Origin: Tieghemostelium lacteum
Lineage: Eukaryota
NCBI GenBank assembly: GCA_001606155.1
Contig: LODT01000016.1
Span: 385,870 to 449,869, forward strand
Reading direction: 5' to 3'
Length of the DNA: 64,000 bases
Below, one piece after another: positions 1 through 12,906 of this stretch. The number at the start of each line of letters is the position of its first letter. Within the stretch, counting starts at the first letter, position 1. The notes beneath the pieces were generated by a model. The model worked only from the letters and a program-made list of their open reading frames with translations, searched no databases and had not been told where the DNA came from. A program made the position numbers and the translations under genes.

Positions 1-1347
1 GTTTGTCATGCATTACCAAATATGTGTACATCACCAGAATGTAGATTATTCCCAGAAAATACACCAACCTATTATAATGATGAACAGTATCATGAAGAGT
101 ATAATGAGGCTACATTCACAGAACAAAGTCCATGGAGTTGGATTCAAAATCTAATCAATACATTTGCAAATGTACATGAACCAATTGAAGATTTTGATAA
201 GGATTTGTATTCTTTGGACAGCACATTTAGAGGTTATAATTGGAGAGGTAGAGATTGTGACGATTTCTCAGATAGTACCTATCCAGGAACTTATGATGAC
301 CCATCAGACCCATATGTTGACAAGAACTGTAATGGTATCTTTGGTGTAAACAACATTTCAGTGTCTTGGGAAAGTGTTTTATGTGATGGTTCTGGATCTA
401 TGGGTGTTGTAGTCAGTGGTGATAGTGCAGGTGCACATTTCAGTATCCCACCTCAATGGATGACTGCAGCTTTGATTAATAAGACTACTTATGAAGGTAT
501 GATTGATATCTTGGAGACTGAAGTCGACTGGCCTCAGAGATCAACCTATACCGGTTGGGAGCCATCTACCGACATGTACACTGTACAGAGTATGTATCTC
601 CAACTTCGTGAAAGAAACCTATGTAACCACAGAGATTACCAAAATCTCGGTGTAAACGGTGCAAACTCTGGATCTACCATCAACATTATCAAATCATTTG
701 CTCGTAACCAAAAAACTGATAAACCTGCTTTATTCTTCTTAGAGTTGGTAGGTAACGATGTATGTTCAGGTCACCATACCTTAGACCACATGACAACCGT
801 AGAAGAGTTCACAGATAACATTGTCACCATTCTTAACTACCTCGATGGCGTTTTACCCAATGGATCACATGTTGTATTCGTAGGTTTAGCTGATGGAAGA
901 GTTCTCTGGGACACCTTATGGAACAGAACCCATCCAGTAGGTGCCAAATACTACGAAGTCTACAATTTCCTAAACTGTCTCCAAGTCAGTCCATGCTGGG
1001 GTTGGATGAATCCAAATGAAACTGTACGTAATGCAACCAGTTATCGTGCAGCTCAACTATCAGCCTCCTACAACCAAATCATCCAATCTTACAAATTTGC
1101 AAATTTCGATATGCAATACTACGATTTCCCATTCGGAGCCATTAATGAAATCTGGGTTGCTGAAGGTGGACAAACATGGGACCTTATTGAACCAGTAGAT
1201 GGTTTCCATCCAAACCAAAATGCAAATTATCTCATGGCTGAATATTTCTTTAATTCTCTAATGCAAGATCATCCAGATTGGTTAGGTGCAATCAATCCAT
1301 TCAATTCACTGATTCAAGAACAATTTGGTGACCAAGGTGGTTATTAA
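1..1347 (+). CDS. Acyloxyacyl hydrolase (AOAH)-like GDSL/SGNH lipase, 3' portion; the 5' end lies upstream of the window
   Basis: The frame of ORF 22..1347 is open back to base 1 (VCHALPNM...). It carries SGNH-hydrolase blocks (GDSAGAHF, FLELVGNDVC with an AOAH-like spacing, DGFHPNQ near the C-terminus). Stop codon at 1345-1347. The 3' flank is AT-rich. Confidence 0.65.
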   Translation, partial: VCHALPNMCTSPECRLFPENTPTYYNDEQYHEEYNEATFTEQSPWSWIQNLINTFANVHEPIEDFDKDLYSLDSTFRGYNWRGRDCDDFSDSTYPGTYDDPSDPYVDKNCNGIFGVNNISVSWESVLCDGSGSMGVVVSGDSAGAHFSIPPQWMTAALINKTTYEGMIDILETEVDWPQRSTYTGWEPSTDMYTVQSMYLQLRERNLCNHRDYQNLGVNGANSGSTINIIKSFARNQKTDKPALFFLELVGNDVCSGHHTLDHMTTVEEFTDNIVTILNYLDGVLPNGSHVVFVGLADGRVLWDTLWNRTHPVGAKYYEVYNFLNCLQVSPCWGWMNPNETVRNATSYRAAQLSASYNQIIQSYKFANFDMQYYDFPFGAINEIWVAEGGQTWDLIEPVDGFHPNQNANYLMAEYFFNSLMQDHPDWLGAINPFNSLIQEQFGDQGGY

Positions 1348-1570
1348 AATCAGTATCCTCCATAGACACCTTCAACTTGTTTTGAAATACTTAAAATAAA
1401 AAAATAAACAACCAAAAAATCAACCCCCCCTTCCCCCTTTTTTATTCATTTAATGGTACCAATAGGCATCAATTAAAACTTTACAACAAATAACATGATT
1501 TACATTCTTTCAAAATTCATTTAAATTGGGTTCGAGGTATCAGGTTTTCCAATATACAAAATACTAATAC

Positions 1571-1590
1571 ACACCACACCCACCCCCCCT
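1571..1590. promoter_or_regulatory. C/A-rich element (acaccacacccaccccccct). Further C-tracts at 1421-1437 and 1659-1675 lie in an otherwise about 90% AT intergenic region
   Basis: Seen directly. It resembles the CAE/G-box class of GBF-type developmental promoter elements known from Dictyostelium. It lies upstream of the + strand gene starting at 1793. Confidence 0.3.
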
Positions 1591-1792
1591 CAATTATTAC
1601 TATTTTTTGACAAATCAATTTTGTGATAAAATATTTTAAAAGTGTGTTTCATCTACTCAACCCCCTTTCACCCCATTTTCAATATATAATATGTATTTTT
1701 CTTTTCTTTCTTTGTTTTACTTATTTATTGTTTTAGACTTATAAATTTATATTTATAAACTATAGAATTATTTATTTATAAATTAATTTATA

Positions 1793-2549
1793 ATGAAAAT
1801 ACCATGGTTTACATATAGTGATGATACTGGAAAATATGCAGTTATACTAGAGAACATTTTAATTGTAATGCTTCTTGCATTGATACCTAGTTTCTTCTTA
1901 TCCTTTTTCTCTTTAATGGGTAGTATAATTTCAATAATCATAATTTTAATTGGATTTATGGGTGCCTATCATAGAAAGAGACATATTTTATCATTTGTAA
2001 GTATTATTATTTATTGGTGTTGAAGATGTTAAATGTTGATATTAATCTCACATCAATGCATAGTATATTGTAATTATGATTATAAATTGTATGTGGTCTG
2101 GATTTTGTATAAGTATTAGTATAATTTCAATATTAAAAGGTACCCCAGAACTCTTACAATTCATGTTTACTAATCAAAAGTTACCTTGGTTGATAACTGA
2201 AATTGTATCATCTTCCATTTGGTTAATACTAGCCATTGTCACTATTGTAATTTGTTTAAAAATGAAGAGATTACTGGACATTTATCATTATGTAAAATTG
2301 TTTTCTGATCATCCTTCTTTTATTCATTCTCAATCTTCAATCAACCAAAATCAGCCTATTGTATATCAAGCTATACCATACTACCAATCATCTCCATTTC
2401 AGCAGCAACAACAGCAACAACGAATTCCACCACAAAATAAATCTTGTATAAATTACCAAATTCCTTCGTCCCACTTTTCTACTTTTTATCAACCACTTCC
2501 AAAATCTTCAACCACCTTATTACAGAATCCAAATACTCATTCATATTAA
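1793..2549 (+). CDS. Hypothetical multi-pass membrane protein with a Gln-rich tail; exons 1793..1996 and 2064..2549 (intron 1997..2063)
   Basis: Exon 1 ends ...ILSF at a canonical TTT|GTAAGT donor. The AG at 2062-2063 restores the frame of ORF 2076..2549. Hydrophobic segments occur in both exons. Confidence 0.4.
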
Positions 2550-2699
2550 TTAAAGAAGGCACAAACTGTGTCAAATTACAAAACCTCAAACAACACAACA
2601 TCTAAAACACAACACTGAATATTGAATTCTTTTCTTTTAATAAAACATTAAAATTACAATATTTTTAAAGAATACCTCTTAATCAATTATTTAACAACT

Positions 2700-3460
2700 A
2701 TAATAACAAAATAAATTTATCAAAATTAAAGAATGGAGATATAACAATTCACACACCAACCAATAGGATATCAAATTCAATATTAATCAGATTGAAACCA
2801 ATAGTTCAACAAATCAAAGGTTCAATCAACAAGAATGGAGGAATCACAATATTTGGAAATATCACAATTTGAAAAGATTCAACAATGATAATACTGAATT
2901 CAATATCATAAATCAACACAATTTTCCAATTTGTAATGATTACAAACAACAAATTGAAGAAAATAACACCATTATAATGTAATCATTCACCAACCAAATC
3001 AATTATCAACAATATATTCATCATTATAGATGATCAACAATCAATCAATATCAATAATAATAATATTATTGAATTTCTAAAACCAATTATTCAATCAATT
3101 CAATTTCAACAAGAATCATCAATATCAATTCTGAATATTTATGGATATAATTTCGGAATAGAAACATCATTCAAATTGGAGATCATTCTTCAGAATGATG
3201 AATTTTCAATCAATGAAATATCATTTAAAAATATTCAACTTTCAACTTCATTTGAATTTGAAGATTCACCAACAACTATCATCATTATTTTGAATAATCA
3301 ACAAAGTAATGAATTTCAAATTTATCCTTTAATAAACAAAATTGGGATTATAATTGGAGTTTCAATTGGATCAATTTCATTGATTTCAATTTTAATTTTA
3401 TCAATTATATTCATTAAACGAAGAAGAAATAAATTGAATTCAAATTCTTTAAAATCTTAA
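2700..3460 (+). pseudogene. Tgr-like IPT/TIG receptor, copy A: a 5'-truncated fragment carrying indels (homologous to 5211..5990 of copy B)
   Basis: Nucleotide alignment to copy B by eye shows several deletions (for example near 2858, 2975 and 3160) that break the frame. Only the last 94 codons (stalk+TM+stop, ORF 3176..3460) remain open. The fragment is preceded by the repeat-unit flank at 2560-2660. Confidence 0.55.
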
Positions 3461-3673
3461 TTTATCTTTTTATCATATTTTCTTTTTTTAATTTTTTACC
3501 CCACAAAATCAATAACAACAGTTTTTATCAAATTACAAAAAACCTCAAACAACACACCACATCAAAAACAATACCACTAAAAATGAATTCATTTCATTTA
3601 ATAAATCATTGAATTTACAATATTTTTAAATTGTATATTAAAATATACAATAGAATATTGATTTAAATTTAAT

Positions 3674-5990
3674 ATGATTCAACAACATTATCTATTATTC
3701 ATCATACTTAATATTTTAATATCACCAACAATCTCTCAAATATATGATATAGATTTTGAGATCAATACCCACGACGAATTAAAATTTAATGTAATGTTTG
3801 ATGTAACCAATCCCATTAATATCACTGAAATCAAAACAGATATCACCAATCAATCATACATTCCTTCTTGTGTAAATATTAGTTTAAATTCCCAACTATG
3901 TACAATTCAACTCAATCCAACATCACAATCAGAAAAATACACTTTCAATGATGTGAATAACCCAACAACACAATTTAAAAAGTTTGTAACACTTAAAAAT
4001 AAATTCAATTTGAAAATTGAATCACAACCAAAAACAAGAAATGAAACAATTATTAAATTCTCAGGATTATATTTTCAACCATATCCACCTGATTTTTATT
4101 ATTTAACAATCACAACAACCAATTTAAATATCAACAAAACATTCAGCAGTTCAGATGGTAAAATCAAATTCACATCACCAACAACATTTCAAATTGATAT
4201 TGGTGAATCTGTTGGTTATATAAATATATCAATGATAGAGAATACTTATCTATCACCTATTTGTCAACTTATTATCAAAGTATGTATTGATCAATTCTAT
4301 TTGATTAAGATATTTTTTTAACAATTAAACCAATTTTTCAGGACCAATTATTGAATCAATTGAATTTGAATCAAATCAAATCACAATAAGAGGTGATAAC
4401 TTTGGAAATTCAATTTATTTAGAATACATAATCATTAAAATGAATTCAACAATTCAAGATCAATCATCATTCTTTGAAAACAACAACAATATCATCATTT
4501 TCAACACATCACAAATCAATGATAACTTTACAAATCAATTTCAATTTGAAATTTCAATTGCAAATATTTCAAATTCAAATTATTTCATCTTTCAAAACAG
4601 TAAATATAATTTGATTAAATAATAGATTTAGATCATTTCTAATTACCTCACTTCAAATCTAAATAGGACCAACAATTGAATCAATTAACACAATTCCTTA
4701 TAAAGGAGGTGAAGTCACAATTTCAGGAAAGAGATTGAATTCTAAACGATTTGATAATTCATCATCTGAAATTGAAATTAAAATTGGTGATTATATTTGT
4801 TCATCACCTTCAAATATCAATAATGATGATAACACATCAATCAAATGTTATCTACCTTCATCATCAAATGATAATGATGAAAATCTTGAAATTTCAATCA
4901 AAATCGATTCAATTGAGAATTATCCATCACCAATCAAATTCACATTCAATAATCCTTCAATTTCAAGATATCAACATGAATATACCAATATTGATTCCAA
5001 TAACAATAATGATGATAGATTGATTATATTTGGTGATAATTTTGATAATTCAAAAGGAATAATTGATAAATCATCATTCACATTCAATGGAATCACAATT
5101 CAACTCAATAATACATTATTCACCAACAACAACAATAACAACAAAACAACTTTGATAATACCTCTATTTCAATTATTTAACAACAACAATATCAATAATA
5201 ACAATATAGATTTATCAAAATTAAAGAATGGAGATCTAACTATTCACACACCAACCAATAAGATATCAAATTCAATATCAATCAAATTGAAACCAATAAT
5301 TCAACAAATCAAAGGTTCAATCAACAAGAATGGAGGAATCATCACAATAATTGGAAAATATTTCAATTTGAAAAGATTCAACAATGATAATACTCAATTC
5401 AATATCATAAATCAACACAATATTCCAATTTGTAATGATTACAAACAACAAATTGAAGATAATAACACCATTAGAATTTGTAATCATTCACCAACCAAAT
5501 CAATTATCAACAATTTATTCATCATTATTGATGATCAACAATCAATCAATATCAACAATAATATTATTGAATTCCAAAAACCAATTATTCAATCAATTCA
5601 ATCTCAACAGGATTCATCAATATCAATTCTGAATATTTATGGATATAATTTCGGAATTGAAACATCATTGATTCAAATTCAAATTGGAGATATCATTCTT
5701 CAGAATGATGAGTTTTCAATCAATGAAATATCATTTGAAAATATTCAACTTTCAACTTCATTTGAATTTGAAATTCACCATTATCCATCACCATTATTGT
5801 GAATAATCAAAAAAGTAATGAATTTCAAATTTATCCTTTAATAAAGAATGATGAAACAATAAACAAAATTGGAATTATAATTGGAATTTCAATTGGATCA
5901 ATTTCATTGATTTCAATTTCAATTTTATCAATTATATTCATTAAACGAAGAAGAAATAAATTGAATTCAAATTCTTTAAAATCTTATCTC
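3674..5990 (+). pseudogene. Tgr-like IPT/TIG receptor, copy B: full-length three-exon copy with two frameshifts
   Basis: Exon 1 (3674..about 4279) has a 1-nt deletion relative to copy C just before the GTATGT donor (atttgtcaactt versus attttgacaactt), so the donor phase no longer matches exon 2 (4342..4599). Exon 3 (4667..) shifts frame at about 5770-5800 (FEFE|IHHYPSPLL*). The TM segment continues in ORF 5799..6146 and the stop is lost. Confidence 0.5.
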
Positions 5991-6217
5991 TTTCTTTTTT
6001 TAATTTTTTTTCATAACCCCACAGCAACCATATCAATAACAATTTTTATCAAATTACAAAAAACCTCAAACAACACACCCATCTATTTTTATCAACACCA
6101 CATCAAAAACACTTCACTTAAAAATGAATACATTTCAAATAATTGAAAGTAAAATATTATAAATTTAAATGAACAATAGTTAGAGATATACAAATAGAAT
6201 ATTGATTTAAATTTAAT

Positions 6218-8730
6218 ATGATTCAAAATCATTATCTATTATTATTCATACTTAATATATTAATATCAACATCAATCTCACAAATTAATTCTATTAATTT
6301 TGGGGGCAATTCAGATGATGATATAAAATTTTTGGTAAATTTTAATTTAAACAATCCCATTAATATCACTGAAATCAAAACTGATTTCACAAATCAATCA
6401 TACATTCCTTCTTGTATGAATGATAGTTTAAATTCCCAAATATGTACAATTCAACTCAATCCAACATCTCAATCAGAAAAATACACATTCATTGATGTGA
6501 ATAACCCAACAATACAATTTAACAGAATTGCAAGACTTGATAATAAATTCAATTTAAAAATTGAATCACAACCAAAAACAAGAAATGAAACAATTATTAA
6601 ATTCTCAGGATTATATTTTCAACCATATCCACCTGATTTTTATTATTTAACAATCACAACAACAAATTTAAATATCAATAAAACATTCAGCAGTTCAGAT
6701 GGTAAAATCAAATTCACATCACCAACAACATTTCAAATTGATATTGGTGAATCTGTTGGTGATATTAAAATATCAATTAAAGAGCCATCTTATCAATCAC
6801 CTATTTTGACAACTTATTATCAAAGTATGTATTGATCAATTTTATTTAATTAGGATCCATATTAATAATTAAAAAAATTTACAGGACCAATTATTGAATC
6901 AATTGAATTTGAATCAAATCAAATCACAATGAGAGGTGATAATTTTGGAAATTCAATTTATTTAGATTATATAGTCATTAAAATGAATTCAACAATTCAA
7001 GATAAATCATCAATCATTGAAAACAACAACAATATTATCATTTTCAACACATCTCAAATCAATGATAACTTTACAAATCAATTTCAATTTGAAATTTCAA
7101 TTGCAAATATTTCAAATTCAAATTATTTCATCTTTCAAAACAGTAAATATAATTTGATTAAATAATAGATTGAGATCATTTCTAATTAAATTCACTTCAA
7201 TTCTAAATAGGACCAACAATTGAATCAATCAATACTATTCCTTATAAAGGAGGTGAGATCACAATTTCAGGAAAGAGATTGAATTCTAAACGATTTGATA
7301 ATTCATTATCTGAAATTGAAATTGAAATTGGTGATTATATTTGCTCATCACCTTCAAATATCAATAATGATGATAATACATCAATCAAATGTAATCTAAC
7401 TTCATCATTAAATGAAAATGATGAAAATCTTGAAATTTCAATCAAAATTGATTCAATTGAGAATAATCCATCACCAATCAAATTCACATTCAATAATCCA
7501 ACAATTTCGAGTTATCAACATGAATATACCAATATTTATTCCAATAATGATGATAAATTGATTATATTCGGTGATAATTTTGATAATTCAAAAGGAATAA
7601 TTGATAAATCATCATTCACATTCAATGGAATCACAATTCAACTCAATAATACAATTTTCACTAATAACATCAATAACAACAAAACCACATTGATTTTACC
7701 TCTAAATCAAATATTTAGCAACAACAACAACAACAATAATAATATAGATTTATCACAATTAAAGAATGGAGATTTAACAATTCACACACCAACTAACAAG
7801 ATATCAAATTCAATATCAATCAAATTGAAACCTATAATTCAACAAATCAAAGGTTCAATCAACAAGAATGGAGGAATAATCACAATAATTGGAAAATATC
7901 TCAATTTGAAAAGATTCAACAATGATAATTCTCAGTTCAATATCATAAATCAACACAATATTTCAATTTGTAATGATTACAAACAACAAATTGAAGATAA
8001 TAACACCATTTTAATTTGTAATCATTTACCAACAAATTCAGTTATCAACAATTTGTTCATTATAATTGATGATCAACAATCAATCAATATCAACAACAAC
8101 AATAATATTATTGAATTTCAAAAACCAATTATTCAATCAATTCAATTTCAACAAAAATCACCATCAATTCTGAATATTTATGGATATAATTTCGGAATTG
8201 AAACATCATTAATTCAAATTCAAATTGGAGATATCATTCTTCAGAATGATGAATTTTCAATCAATGAAATATCATTTGAAAATATTCAAATTTCAACATC
8301 ATTTGGATTTTCAGATATACCAACACTCATCACCATAATTGTGAATAATCAATCCAGTAATGAGTTTCAATTTGATACTGAAAATAGAGGAAAATCTGGT
8401 CTATCTGCTGGGATTATAATAGGAATTGTTTTGAGTATTGTTTGTGTAGCTACAATAATTTTGTTAACTATACTATATAGAAGAAGAAAGAGTAGAGAAG
8501 TTTCAAAAGATAATGTTCAACCAGAATGTGAAATGAGAAATCTACCAAATATAATTGATACTATAGACAAAAAAACTGAAACTGATAAACCAGAACGTCC
8601 ACCTCTAGATGATAAAAGGGATATAAATATTGGAAGAGGTAACTCGGCCTTCGCAATAAGAAAACCAAAACCAATTCGTGGCTCTGATATGACAAAAAAA
8701 CTAGCTCCTTCAATTGACAATTCTGCATAA
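6218..8730 (+). CDS. Tgr-like secreted single-pass receptor with four IPT/TIG-like repeats, copy C (apparently intact); exons 6218..6824, 6885..7142, 7211..8730
   Basis: Signal peptide MIQNHYLLLFILNILISTSISQ. Phase-1 GTATGT donor at 6825 with AG at 6883-6884. GTAAAT donor at 7143 with AG at 7209-7210. IPT-like blocks start P-I-I/T-E-S-I... with GG-ITI-G-NF cores. TM GLSAGIIIGIVLSIVCVATIILLTIL is followed by a basic-acidic cytoplasmic tail of about 80 aa. Confidence 0.6.
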
Positions 8731-8796
8731 ATAAACACATATTTAAATGTATATATTGTATTTAAAATAAAATAGAAAATATAAAAATTAAAATAT

Positions 8797-9926
8797 TTAT
8801 TTACCATTGAAGATATTGGTATTAGGATTATAGTATCTATAATCGACTTTTATAGGATCATAATATTCATTATTATTGATTTCTTGAGTTAAAGAATTAA
8901 TTTTTTCAGATGTGGTTGTTGCACAAATGGAGGCTTTTGTTAAGTAGTTATTAATACCTTTTTTGCTTGCTTTTTTAAAATACATTTTTGCAGAATCGTA
9001 ATCTGGTAGGTTGTTTACAGTACCATGGCCTCTGAAGTGCATTAGTCCAATTCCAATGTACCCTTTTGCATCACCAGATTTGCCTACACCTTCGTAGAGG
9101 TCGGCTGCCTCTTTGTAATTTACATTACACCCAATACCATAGTAATAGTAACTTGCAAGTATCAGTGGAGATGATGTTAAACTACCACCATCTTTGGCTT
9201 TAAGATGATATCTAAAACTCTGAACAAAATCACCAAACCAAGAATAGATTTTTCCCAGAGTATTATAAGCAATAAATTTAGAATAATTACTATATTTGGA
9301 AACTTCTAAATATTTGTTTGTCCATACAAAAGCATCTCTTTTGTATTCTGGATAATCAGCAAGTATAGCACCAACCAATTTTAGACATTCTTGAGACCCA
9401 TATTTTGCTCCTAACAGTGCAAATTCTAACCCTTTGTCAACACTTTTAGAAAGTCCTCCTTCCCCATTCAAATGCCCAATGGAAACCTGATATGGATAAA
9501 ATGTTAGTTAGGATTCATATATATATCATGATTCAATTAGAATATTTACCAATTCAAGTGCTTTCGGGTTATTTTTTTTGGAGGCCTGAATGTATAATTC
9601 ATAGGCACTATTTGTTTTTTTCAATCCGTAATACAAACTTCCAAGGAAGCATAAAGCAGGTGGATGTTTACCATCCTTTAGATGATTACAAATTGATATG
9701 GTTTTGATGATGTTTGTTTCAAAAAGTACATTATTACCTTTACATTGTTCTGCTTTATCACAATAGTCGTATAAAATGTTGTTGAATGCCTTGTCAAAGT
9801 GTTCATATTTGTTTGGTTCATTTGGTGACATTTCAAATGAATCTCCGTCAAGATAATACTGAATTTGGGGTAGTTCAAATTGAATAGCACCATTAATATT
9901 TCTATCTCCATCACTAATTGCATTAC

Positions 9927-9957
<31 letters not shown>

Positions 9958-12416
9958 TGATTTCTTCTTACTTTTTAGACCACTGTCATAGGATGTTGAT
10001 GTAAAATCAATTGGTTTTTTGATTTTTGATTTTTCTGGAAGTGATTGAGACATTGTTGATGTTTTGGTAAATGACCCAATTACTCTCTTGATAAAACCTG
10101 GTTTTTTATCATGTGAAATATCCAATGCTAAGGTGTTGATAAAAGGCAACTGACCAAGATTTTCATTAATTTTAGGAATTGATGTCTTTAAATGTTGCAA
10201 ATTATTGTAATTGTTATTGTTATTGTTATTATTATTATTATTATTATAATCTGCATCATCACATGGTTTATAGTTGTAGATTTTATCACAAAATAGAGTT
10301 GGTTCGACATCAATTGGGGTCATGGTAGTTGGTAATTTTAGCATAAAATCATGCGAGAAATGAATATCACCTCTGAAGGAAGTTGGAGATAAAGTATTAT
10401 ATCTGTCTCTGTCATAGGTACGTGATGAAGATGGTTCAATGGATACCATTTGTTGACTAAAGTACTCTGGAACTATTTGAGAATAAATTTCAAATTCATC
10501 ATCAGTCAACATTTGTTGAATCTGAGTAGGAGTTGGGTTGGGGATATCTGAGTTTTTTAACTTGTCGGGGATATCAGCCAAGACATTCAATATCTTTAAC
10601 TGATTTTTAGCAGCTAGAACACCAAATTCAGCGGCTTTATTGAAGAATATACGAGCTTTGGAATAACTAACATCTACACCTTTACCATCCATGTACAATT
10701 CACCAATTGCACATATGGCCATTGGCTCCTCAGCTAGAGCTGCTACAATATAGCATCGATAGGCTTCTTTGTAATTTGGGTGAATGTCAAATCTAAAACA
10801 GTTACCAACATCAAAAAATGCCTTTTTGTAGCCTAGTTTGACAGTTTTATGAAACCATTCTCTTGCAATGGTATGGTCCTTAATGACATAGTTACAGTAT
10901 TGACCTAAAGCGTAGCATGCATTTGGGTTCTTAAGATTAGCAGATTTCTTAATGAGATCAAGTCCATAGGAGATGTTCTGCGTCATTCCAACACCATGAG
11001 CTATACACATACCAAGTTCAAATATACCACCAGAGTAACCTTGAGATGCAGAGACTTTAAAGCATTTAGCTGCCAGTTCATAATTACGTTTAACAACATC
11101 TCCAAGACCAGTTCCGTAGAGTGTTCCTAAGAAGTACTGACCTTTTCCAATATCCAATTTAGCAGCTTCTAATGCCCAATACCATGTTTGTTGATAATTT
11201 GGATTCACTCTATCTTGACCAGTACCAATTCCCATATAATATTTAGCAACTTGGATCATTGCATCAACATCATTCTTTTCTCTAGCGGATTCCGTATAGA
11301 AATATAAAGCTTTAAAGTATTGCTTTTTACTGGCATATTTATCCCCTTTTTTCTTGGAATCACTTGAGTTCTCTTCATTTCTCTGTAATTGTTCTTTTTC
11401 ATTTTGATTTGCAGAGTCTAATAATTCTTTAAAAGAACCAACACTAGTTGTTTTTTTCTCATCACAGTTATCAGGTTTCAATAGATTTTCAATAGCTTTG
11501 GGATCATATTCATCTTTAGGTTCAATTTTTGGTGATGAAGGTGGTCTATTATTGTTGGTATTTTTATATGGACCATGTGCAGATCTTGGTGTTATTAATG
11601 GTGATGATCGTGATGGTGATCTTGATCTTGATGAAGAAGATCTTGATAGTGATTGAGTGACTATTAAATTAATGATTTTTGGAGTTTTGATTGGTGATTG
11701 AGATGTTGGAGCAGCATCTGATGATGGTACCATTGGAGGTGGTGGAGGAGGAATGTGGATAGAACTAGAATTTTCAGATGATTCACCATTGTTGTTTACG
11801 TTTGGTAAACGGTTAACTAGTTTTGCATAGGTTGGAATAAATGCTGACATTTCATTTGAAATTGGTAGATCAATTTCAGGATTTAGATAGTTTTCCATAT
11901 CCTCAGTAACCTTTTTTCCTTCATTTACATCAGAACTGTTATTGGGTACAGACTCCTTTTTACTTTCAGTTAATATTGGATAAGGATTTAAATAGTCTTC
12001 AAAATCTTCAACATTGGATTGTTTTTGTGGTTGTTCACTATTTTCAGTTGCACCAGAATTGTTTGTGGAAATTAACTCCTTTTCCATTTCATTTGGTACT
12101 GGTAGATCAGGATTTAAATAGTCTTCAAAATCTTCAACATTGGATTGTTTTTGAGGTTTTTCACTCTTTTCATTTCCATCAGAAATGGTATTCGACATGG
12201 ACACTTTTTCAATTACAGTTGGTATTGGTAAATTGGGATTTTGATAGTCTTCTCCAACAATCTTTAGTTCAAGCTTTTCAATTTCTTTTTCTCCAGATTT
12301 TGGATCTTTTTCTATATCAACAGACCCAATAGGATGTTGTACCACTATTGGCAATGGAGGAAGAGGCTTGTTTATAAAATTTGCATATACTGAGTTTCTA
12401 TTCGAACCTGGTGGAG

Positions 12417-12468
<52 letters not shown>

Positions 12469-12906
12469 GATATTTTCATTATTATTTTGTTGAATTTGAT
12501 TATTGGGTAGTTCAGTTTTATTTTGATTATTTTCATTATTTTGTGTTAATGGAATTTGATCATTTTGATTAGTTTGATTTGTGATATTATTACTGTTATT
12601 ATTATTGTTTTTGTTATTATTGTTATTGTTAATTGTATTTGGTCTTGTAGTTGGAAAAAATCCAATATTGTGATTGATGTGCATCATTGAAGATTCCATA
12701 CACTGGTGGCACATAAAATCGTTACAGTCCCAGCAAGCAATAACAGGTTCATTATGATGAGTACATGACGTTTCAGCCAAGATAGCAAAGGGTTTAAAAT
12801 GGTGACCTGGATGTTTGGACCCACATCGCATGCAAATAATTTTCTTACATTGTAAACAACCAATTTTTAATGGTTGGTTATGATCTAGACATCTACGTTC
12901 ACTCAT
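8797..12906 (-). CDS. B-box zinc finger + Asn/Gln-rich low complexity + Sel1-like repeat protein; exons 9550..12906 and 8797..9486 (intron 9487..9549, 63 nt)
   Basis: N-terminus has two Cys/His B-box-like fingers (CLDHNQP...C..C...H; CTHHNEP..C..C). Multiple Sel1-like repeats follow (AxxYYxGxGxxxD pattern). A GTAAAT donor sits just before the annotated stop, and an AG at 9487-9488 joins in frame to ORF 8797..9471, which also encodes Sel1-like repeats. Confidence 0.6.
9925..9958. repeat. (ATT)n coding microsatellite (poly-Asn) inside the B-box/Sel1 gene. Larger runs of the same kind occur at 12421..12468
   Basis: Seen directly. Confidence 0.9.

Noticed and set aside
4751-5632. Alternative-frame ORFs 4751..5023, 5435..5632 and 11976..12332, 32794..33180, 34828..35145 etc.
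   Set aside because: They lie inside or antisense to much longer, domain-bearing ORFs and translate to repeat-driven low-complexity peptides.
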